From the NCBI GenBank assembly GCA_010356995.1, contig ML996707.1, positions 496,001-525,958 of the forward strand: a stretch of DNA of 29,958 nt. Direction: 5' to 3'. The first letter of the stretch is position 1. Every line of letters starts with the position of its first letter. The position numbers and the translations under genes are program-made. Below, in pieces: positions 21,957-29,958 of this stretch. The notes beneath the pieces were generated by a model. That model saw only the letters and a program-made list of their open reading frames with translations. It was not told the DNA's origin and ran no database searches. Source of the stretch: Trichodelitschia bisporula. Its lineage: Eukaryota.

Positions 21957-23920
21957 TCATGACCACAGCGCAAATTCTGGAACAACATCCTTGAGCATGT
22001 TGTCGAGAACAACGCACGTGGAAAATCCGGGATCGAAAACCACGAATAAGAGGTTTGGACACGTCGCTAAACGAACATTAGAGATCCGGACAAACGACAG
22101 AGGGAAGGTTGAACTTACGGAAGGACTTTGCTGGCCGAGACCTTCGGAAATCGACCACGATCCAGTCCTGAAAACTGAAAGAGGTGTAACGGCCTTCCCC
22201 GACAAACCGGTCGTAATGCTCCTGCAGTTGGATCCCATCCCGCAGCAATTCAATGCCCCAATGGACCTCAGAGATCACAAAGTCGATTCGCTGCCCGCCC
22301 AATTCCTTGCTGGAAAACTCCGGGGTGGGAATGACGCGTGCTCTGGTGACCTTGTATATCGTGCGGTAGAGTTCGGCGCCATAGGCAGCTTCTGGAGTCT
22401 TGGATTCTCGTCGTAGGGCATACCCACAAAACGACTTCAGGGCAGTCAAGACACACTCCCGTACGCTCTTGAATGGGAAAGAGAGGGTGAGTTGTGGAAC
22501 AACGGTCATCGCGGCAAACCTGGCTAAGGTTAGCTATAATTCGTTCAAAACAGTATAATGGACATAACAGCGATGAACTTCGGTCGGATAAGTATAGACC
22601 ATGGAATTGCCGTCTTTCACAACGGCGTGCAGGTAGCCCTTGACATAGCACATGCGAAGTGCTTCAGGATTTACGTCCTGTAGCCGAGCGAACCCTTCTG
22701 TCGCAACCTTGATGAGAACTTTGCGGGCATCGAGGTTCTGAAACGACTCATGAGGAAATCCGCGGTATGCAGCACAGCTTTGGATGACGTTTACGAGGCC
22801 ATCCGTATTGAACAAGAAATGCTCAAGGGAAGCAGACTGAATATTCTCTCCCTTTCTGGCGATCATTTTGCAATCCTGGATCATTGAAGGCTGAAGTCAG
22901 CAAGGCGCAACCGTACAGATTGCTAGGGAAAAGAATGAGACCCACATGGGATTCCAGGAAGTTCTCAATCAGGGCAGTCGCAAGGCCAATGTGACCCTCA
23001 GAAAACTTGAATAGCATGTCTAGGGCCTCATTCGAGATTGATGCGGATTTCGCCGTAGTCTTCTTCAACCCCCAGCTCATGAACTCTTCTAGCGAGAAAA
23101 ACATGCCCACGTGGATAAAAGTTGACGGACGTAGCCCGACAATGCAATTCTCGGGAAGTGTCAATGGAGTCAATGCACTCTCGTGATTGCCAAGGTCCGC
23201 CGAACTGCCATAGCAACAGGCCAAGACAAACTTGATACTTTGTGGTCTTGTTTTGAATTTCTCCAAGACAACCTTGATAGCCTCGTTCCAAAAGGGTGCA
23301 TCAGTGTAACTCGTCTGCCCTTCATCGAAAAGAATGTAGGCTGGAGTGCGAAGGACGTCTGCGTGGGCATCCAGCAATAGTTCCTTCAGCTGATGAAACC
23401 AGAGCCTCGTTGCCCCGTTAGGGTAACGGGAAAGAAGATGGACCTGATTGCCTTGGAGACGAAGGTAGTGATAGAGGAGGTCCATGACGCTGGTCTTTCC
23501 GGACGCGGGGGTGCCTCGAAGCTGAACGACACCGGTGTGATCAAGACGCTCGACAACAGCCTTCAGGAGGTTTATTCGGGGCTCCAGGCAAAGGTATTGT
23601 GCGACTTCATCGTAGGTCGGGATATCGAGTGGAATTCGCTCGCTCGCACCTCTCGCGATTGTGGCAAAGGATTCCTCTTGGGGCACTTCATTCTGGTTAG
23701 CTAGACCGGGGAAGGATGAGTTGCTGTCCTCACCAACGTCAATCCCTGAAGAGGGCAGTGCAGCAGCTGTAGTCGGCAGACTGGGCGTGTCGTGGATTGA
23801 GAATGCATGACCGCAAACTGTGCAGGTTGGATCACCGCCTGCGCCCGCCGGCGCCGAAGCCTGCATACAAAGGCACCCCATCATTCCTTGCCTGAAGCGG
23901 CATGGTCCACGGAACACCAT
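21957..23920 (-). CDS. Crinkler-type P-loop NTPase + PD-(D/E)xK restriction-endonuclease-fold protein with N-terminal Cys/His motif; three introns, one with a non-canonical donor
   Basis: N-terminal GCLC...CTVCGHAFSIH; Walker A RGTPASGKTS; Walker B ILFDEGQTSY; C-terminal EAAYGAELYR...TPEFS...RIDFVISEVHWGIELLRDG...EHYDRF...GRY...WIVVDFR. Confidence 0.8.
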
Positions 23921-23928
23921 GATGGGTG

Positions 23929-23988
23929 GGCTGGAAGGGCGTGAAGAGAGAGGGCGCCGGCTGGAAGGGTGTGAAGAGTGAGGGCGCC
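23929..23988. repeat. 30-bp tandem duplication just 5' of the NTPase-REase start
   Basis: GGCTGGAAGGGCGTGAAGAGAGAGGGCGCC / GGCTGGAAGGGTGTGAAGAGTGAGGGCGCC. Confidence 0.85.
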
Positions 23989-26405
23989 AAAATATGTTCA
24001 TGATGGATGATAGCGTCCCTAAATCTGGAGTTCTTGATGGCGACTGACGTGGGTACAGGCAGTACTGATGGTGTGAGTTGCTAGGCCTACGTGTTAAGGC
24101 AAGGTTCGGTTGCTTGAGAGCGAGCTTCCGGCCTTTGTTTATTCACCAAGCACATGGAACATCCTTCAATCAACGACACATACGTGTTTCCTTGGACGCA
24201 CGCAAAAAAAAATACCTATATCGACGCACGGATCGGATCCAAAGCTTCCAGCCAACCGATCATCACTTTGCCTTGATTGATACCACACGGAAGCAAGGCT
24301 ATGATGGTTAGAAGGGTTTCCGGCCGACGGGTTCTCTGTACAGCAAAGTGACGATCAGCCACGTTCCGACATAGCCACGCATACGAATCAAGCCACCGAA
24401 TCCACTCACTCGGTAGGTATCGGCCCGACTTTAATCCGAGAGTCTGTGCACTCTGCAGTCATGTCTTTCTCTGTCTCCCAGATGCCTCTGCCTCCCGGCG
24501 TAACGTTCGCTGACCTCAACGTATCGAGAACGGCTTCACTCTCAACGCCAAAGCGGCCGCGGAGTATACACTCATGGAGCCCCTGCCGGCGCTGAACATC
24601 CGCAACCGCAAGCGCAGCCTGGATGTGAGATCACGGCTGTGATGGCCATAGGCACTGGCTGTCTATGATCTGCCATGGCCGCAGCACCCATGACAGCAGC
24701 ATCCGTGAGATTACCTCGTTCAGCCTCGGCGGCACAAGTTACATCACCCGCCACGCAGCCAAGTCCCACCGGATCACACCCTCAGGGTCCCCGCGGCTCA
24801 CTACTGGCCAAGAGATTCTTCGACTCGAGCTCGTCCCGAATGACTGCATCCCATAGACCCCAGTCTGCTATCGACTTGAGCGTGAATATAACACGTGACC
24901 TCTCGCTGGCCATAGTGGCGGTGGCGGTGGCGGTGCACGACCTCCGAAGATCGTGGAACCAACTCGACTCGCTCGACGGGCCGCCCCTTCCCCGGCGGCG
25001 GCGACGGCACCACAACCGGCGGCAAGGGGCGCTCCGTCGAGGCGGGCGCCGAGGTGCTCAAGCGTATCGGCCGTACGTTCAAGGAGACGCTAGGGCTGAA
25101 TGACAGCGAGCAGGTCGAGTTCTCCGGGCATACGGACGCGGCGACGAGTGGCAGCACGCGCGCGAAGGCGAAGCTGTCGGTCTAGGCTGGTGCTGGTAGA
25201 TGTGTGCTGTAGACGGTTGAATGAGTAGTGGCGCAACAGGTGGTCGACACGACATGATCCCACCGTCCGCTGCTCACTGCCGCTACACAACTCTCATCAC
25301 ATCATCGTTATCAAGGGAGATGAATTAGTCTACCTGTCCAACGCCCACAGACAAACGCGGGGAATGACAGTTCTAGCTCATAACAGCCCAACAGCCAGAC
25401 CAACTCGCAAAGCCGAACGACGTGAAAAGGACAAGCAAGCAAAACTAAGCCTTCTCGCGATTCCACGACTTGGGGAAGTCTCTCTTCTCGTTGACGTCCT
25501 CACTGTTCGTCTTCTTCTTTTCCTTCTTCTTCTCGGACAGCGGCGCCTTGCCATCTTCGCTGCTAGTCTTCTTCTTGTCCTTCTTGTCGGCTGTCTTCTC
25601 CTTCAAGTTAGGCACGCCATCACGGCCTCCACACACTCACTATCGCAGTGATTCCACCCGTTGCGTGAGGCGCATTGAGCATTTCTGTCCATAGGTGGGA
25701 GGTGTGGTGAGTGAAACCAACATCTGCTTGTGGCTATCGCGGTCGCGCCAAGCGCCCGCGCTACAGCAGGTGAATGGTCGTGCCTTCCTGTCCTTCTACA
25801 GTTCAAAGTCTACATGCTCTCCGCCGTGACAGGTGGAGATCATCCGCAGGAATCCATGGAAGATATGGACTGTCCGCCGTCGGTTCAACTAAAGTTGGAA
25901 GTCTGGTAGAGTCAGGATTGTCACTTTGCCGCGACAGTGATCTAAGATCGGTCCTTGTAACAGTAGTCATTGAGTCGTGAAACGTATTAAAAATCCAGGT
26001 TGTGATATCCGTGATTGCGCTCCCAACCCTCGCCCGGCCCAAGACGCATGAGCAAACATGAATACAGTCAAATATGGATGGGGAGGCAAAATTCCGCGGA
26101 AGAGAGGTCGAAACCGAGAACAAAAAATCTATCACGTCTTGTACATGTCCATTGCGTTTCTCGTGCCTGATTCGAAAGCATGGCTATCCGTTGAGGGATA
26201 TCCATCGGGCCACATATGCGTCGGGAACCTCATCTTCGCCGAGACGTCATGGGGCCCGCGGGAAGCCACCTCGCCCGGGCCAGCACAAAAAGCACACAAA
26301 CTGGGTCCGTCTGACATGGAGTCCCAACATGAGTCCCGGTACCAGCTGTGGGAGCCGATGAGTCCGGTATCCATCATCGGCATGGTTGCCAATCCATGGA
26401 CAAGT

Positions 26406-26506
26406 TCCACCAACATGGCACGGATGTTGAACCACGCGCTTCCGTCAGGATCCACCAACATGGGATGGAAGTTGGGTTATGCATTTCCGTCGAAGTCCAC
26501 CAACAG
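26406..26506. repeat. Degenerate 45-bp period repeat
   Basis: TCCACCAACA recurs at 26406, 26451 and 26496, and TTCCGTC recurs at the same spacing. Confidence 0.65.
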
Positions 26507-26603
26507 CATAGCTCTCCATCCAGAACATGGACAGCCCATACGGAGCACGGGAGGGACGTTGAATCACCCATTCCGCCGCGCAACTTGATGGCAAGCATAG
26601 AGG

Positions 26604-27850
26604 TCATCGCTTTGAGTTCCTCTCAAGGGCCCTGGTTTCCACATCACCATCTTCGGTCAAAAGCACGGTCTTAGCCTGGCCCTCCCTGTCCAGATTCAGA
26701 TCAGTGGCCCTCCGTGCAATGTTCATGACAATCTCCTGGTCCTGCATGGCCGTGCTTTGGCCATCTATGTCCATCTCGTCTTCGTCCTTGACCCGAAGCT
26801 GGTCCGTCCGGTCGTCGCCGTCCTGGGTCAAGACGCGGACATTGCTCTTTCCTTTGATGGCCGCACGCGACCGCTTCTCGGCAAGCGAGTCCTTAGGCAG
26901 ACGGGAGGCAACTGCGAGTCTTACTAGACAGAGTTGTTGAAACCTACATTCAAAGGGAACAATAATGTTCCAGTGCATTTGCATGACTCTCTCGAACTCA
27001 TCCCGTTCGAGCGTGCTCTTGTCGACAACAACTTTGAAAGTTTAGCGGCCTGGAAGGGAAGGGAAGGTGAAGCATACTTCGAAAGAGATATCAGTCTGCA
27101 TCGGCTCAGGCAGCGAGGCATCCGCCATGACGAGGTCGACTTCCTCATCAACACTTCCTGGTGTCATGGCACCTGCGCTAAGGCTTGGACTGGCAAAGTT
27201 TGCGACGACGTAGAACTGCTTGTTCGCCTGATCGGATCCAATGTATTGTTTGTCCTGAAGACGTTAGCCCAATGCCGGCCGAGGTGAAGTGCGGTGGTTG
27301 TTACAGCGGCCAGCCGATGCATCAGCCATAAGACGCGACCGGCTCGGATGATAGAGGTGCTTGCCCGTTCAATCAAGCATTCATCGTCGTCCACACCCAT
27401 CCCTTTACCCTCGAACCAGTCGCTGGGATAGTAGCCATCGGCAGCATAAATCTGGCCCCGCAGCTTAAAGTCCTCGGGCAGAGGTCCATTGGCCCCCCTC
27501 TGGTCGCACGAAGTCTGGCGCTTGATAACTCACATCCTCTCTTTCCGATTTGTCCAGAGCATTGGCATAATCGCAGAGCGCAGACCAAGGCTGAGCCCCT
27601 AAGATGCGGTTCGCAGATGACGTATACTTGTTGGACTGGAGAAGCTGAGAACAGATGAAACAAAGGTTTCTGTTGATTGATGTAGACTGAACTGTCGAGT
27701 GTACCATGTGGGCAACTCGTACTATATAGGAAGTATGAAACAGGAGTGGCGTCGAGCCAAAGATACGATGAAACAAGACAATGGAAGTAAGCAATCCCGA
27801 GCGCTAATGGATACCGGCTACAAAGATACCGAACGCGAAGTGATACAGGA
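26604..27850 (-). pseudogene. Est1/Ebs1/SMG5-6-7-like pseudogene with C-terminal PIN-like domain; 5' limit uncertain
   Basis: PWSALCDYANAL...DFVRPEG, then a frameshift at the C6 run 27493-27498, then PLPEDFKLRGQIY...YYPSDWF...DDDECLIERAS...RAGRVLWLMHRLAA. Intron 27255-27304. Then VVVDKSTL...WNIIVPF...TVLLTED (PIN-like). Confidence 0.7.
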
Positions 27851-29189
27851 ACTTACAATATCAGAAGGCTGTAACAAATGGGAATCCGTCTAACAGGTTA
27901 CCTATGAATTTCCCTAAGATTCTGGAGGGAGAAGAAGAATTTACCATGCTGTTGCCGCTCGATGCCCAGGTGAAACGAACTGGCGAAGGATGCCTGGTAT
28001 CGCCCCATAAGCCTCTGAAGGAATCTTGTGGGTATGGTTGCCTATCATTGCCGCTCCCGATCCTGATGAGAGCAAATGATATCCTGGTTGCGTGTCGTCC
28101 CCACTTGAGGCTCCCAAAGGAGGGCACTGACTGCAGCTTAAGGAATTACTGTCTATGGCGCGAGGTAGAATCTCTACGGGTCGGTTCATGTCTGTGACGG
28201 AGGTTATGAATCATTTGTACATCTCTTACGCGCCCAGGAGTGTGCTAAGCGCTGATAGTGTTAGCTGATGTCACTTTTAGAGCGGTAAAGCAAACCAAGC
28301 TCCTCAGCATCCCTGGAGGGTAGACACCCTGCAAGCGGAGGGCGTAGGGAGGGGCGGAAAGCATCTATGCTGCATATCAATCACCGTGGCTCCCTAAACT
28401 AGAGGCAGCTCTACACTCTAGGCTGGCGTTTGAACTGCGGGGGTGTTCAAATAATGCGGCAGCCAGGAGGGAAGGCGAGTCCACCAGATAACCAAGTCTT
28501 CCGCCGGCGGGCTTTCACTCTCTGTCCGAGCTGGGTATGTATGCCAAAGCTGAGGCGGGGGCGGATGAGGTACGCACAGTAATGGCTGTGGCCTACGCCG
28601 CACTGCACCTTTACGCCATACCTACTGAGCCATATCAAATTGCGCTTTACGTGTGACTCAGTGGTTCACCTATCATCCAGCCCCATAACACGGTTTCATC
28701 GGATATGCTACTGGATTTTTGTTAGCCCTACCCTCAGTCTCGAAAAGTCTGAGTATGAGCTGTTCGTAAAATGCAGTACTCTCGGCCTTGAGGCCAGGCG
28801 GTGAATGGAGGACACAAAAAGAAAATCCAGAAGAACTTCGCATCGGACGAGGCTGGTTGATCTACACGCTTCCGAACTTTACAGGTCGACTCGTGGCCAT
28901 AGCAGCGTGGTGAGCATATGAGGCGTGCGGTCAAGTGCATCTCCTATCGACAGGGAGTAGTTGATGCGGGAAGTGGGTTGGTGGTGATTCCAAATTAATA
29001 TTGCCCATGGATTCTTGGCGTTTAAATTCCGCTGGCGTTATTAGATGGAATTTGCGATGGGATTCAACGGTATGACCAGGGAGGCTTGTTTTCAGCGAGG
29101 GTAGCTGACATAAGTTATATAACGTAATTTACAATCTTTGAGGCTTAGACACGGAGAGGAACAACTAGGTCCGGATTGCCTATTTCGGC

Positions 29190-29227
29190 ACGCGACCATA
29201 GATCTGAGAATGTATCTATGGTCGCGT
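29190..29227. other. Perfect 14-bp inverted repeat with 10-bp spacer; putative recombinase att site at the junction of two elements
   Basis: ACGCGACCATAGAT-ctgagaatgt-ATCTATGGTCGCGT. Confidence 0.7.
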
Positions 29228-29958
29228 CCCAATTTGGTAAAACTCTGAATTTGCACTGCCGTCATGTATCCTTTGTCATTAGGCTTGGCGAATATCGTCC
29301 AATTAAAGTTGCCATTATTAAGCGCGCGACTACGTAAGGGAATTGTCGATTCTTCTTTTCAACTTCTCAAATTTCCAGGACGACGAATAAGGCGTCCTTA
29401 GATGCCTTCGGTAGGGGCGTTGTTAGATGGTCCTTAGGAGGGCTAGGAGGTAAACTAGTTAATGCTCTGACTTAAATATCCCCGAAGACCACTGCAGGTT
29501 CAGAAGTCAACCTTCTGCCCTCGATCTAAATGTCGACGCAAAACTTCGCTCACCTTCTCTCTAGGCGGAAAAGCCGCCGAGTGGAAGCAAGATACTCAAA
29601 ATCGTCAAAACACAACCTGAGCCGAACCCACCATCAATGGAAAGAGTTCTGTGAAGCTGCACGAACCTCCGATATTCCTAATGGAGATGCACTTTTCAGT
29701 GACCCTGAAAAGTGTATGGCGGAGGCTGACCCTGAGCTGGTTATGTTGTTCCTGAAATGGACTTTGGACACGCGAAAGGGAATCCGAAAAGAGATAACTA
29801 TTAACGTCTACTATGACCGGTGGCACGCCGCTCGAAGACAAATACCGCATCACCGAGTGTGGAGCCTTGAGGACAGGAGGCGTGTCAATTCAGTAAGAGA
29901 CTCATCTTGATAAACTCGAAACTAATTTTGTATAGTTCATCTCTTTGGATCTAGCCTC
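29204..29958 (+). mobile_element. Left end of a second related Starship-like element (runs off the window)
   Basis: Direct repeat of ~17141-17896, including the 5' non-coding leader and captain exon 1/intron 1. Confidence 0.8.
29530..29958 (+). CDS. Second DUF3435-like captain tyrosine recombinase, 5' part only
   Basis: Exon 1 differs from the copy at 17468 at 12 of 121 residues by manual comparison; same first intron. Confidence 0.88.

Larger units (their letters stand above)
17139..29203 (+). mobile_element. Starship-like element, about 12 kb including a ~430-N gap; captain disrupted; boundaries inferred
   Basis: The captain tyrosine recombinase is the first gene. Similarity to the second copy starts at the CCATAG site. 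Contents change from housekeeping genes to NLR fragment, CRN-type gene and pseudogenes. Confidence 0.65.

Noticed and set aside
25445..25636. Lys-rich short ORF on the minus strand
   Set aside because: Low-complexity (CTT-rich) with no supportable start or family.
29114..29123. Palindrome GTTATATAAC near the inferred right end
   Set aside because: A 10-bp AT-rich palindrome can occur by chance; there is no counterpart at the other end.

Overview
Intron-containing filamentous ascomycete genomic DNA in two compartments. Bases 1-16.8 kb are ordinary chromosomal genes: the 3' part of a hypothetical protein gene, OMP decarboxylase (pyrG/ura3), a proline-rich conserved protein, a fungal AAA+ ATPase, a small C2H2 zinc-finger gene, a tight LigB dioxygenase / ABM-Dabb / flavin-reductase-like trio, and ATG27. 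From about 17.13 kb the window is a Starship-type mobile region. A DUF3435-like tyrosine recombinase ('captain') begins about 330 bp after what looks like the first 15 nt of a 5S rRNA gene. It is interrupted by an LTR retrotransposon remnant and followed by cargo: a WD40 (HET-E-like NLR) C-terminal fragment beside an N gap, a Crinkler-type NTPase+REase gene and an Est1/SMG6-like pseudogene. A second, closely related captain starts at 29530. Both captain copies are preceded by a 14-10-14 bp inverted-arm site resembling a tyrosine-recombinase att site, imperfect at the 5S junction and perfect at the second copy. This suggests site-specific 5S targeting and tandem accretion of elements. All family calls are from motif recognition, not database searches.
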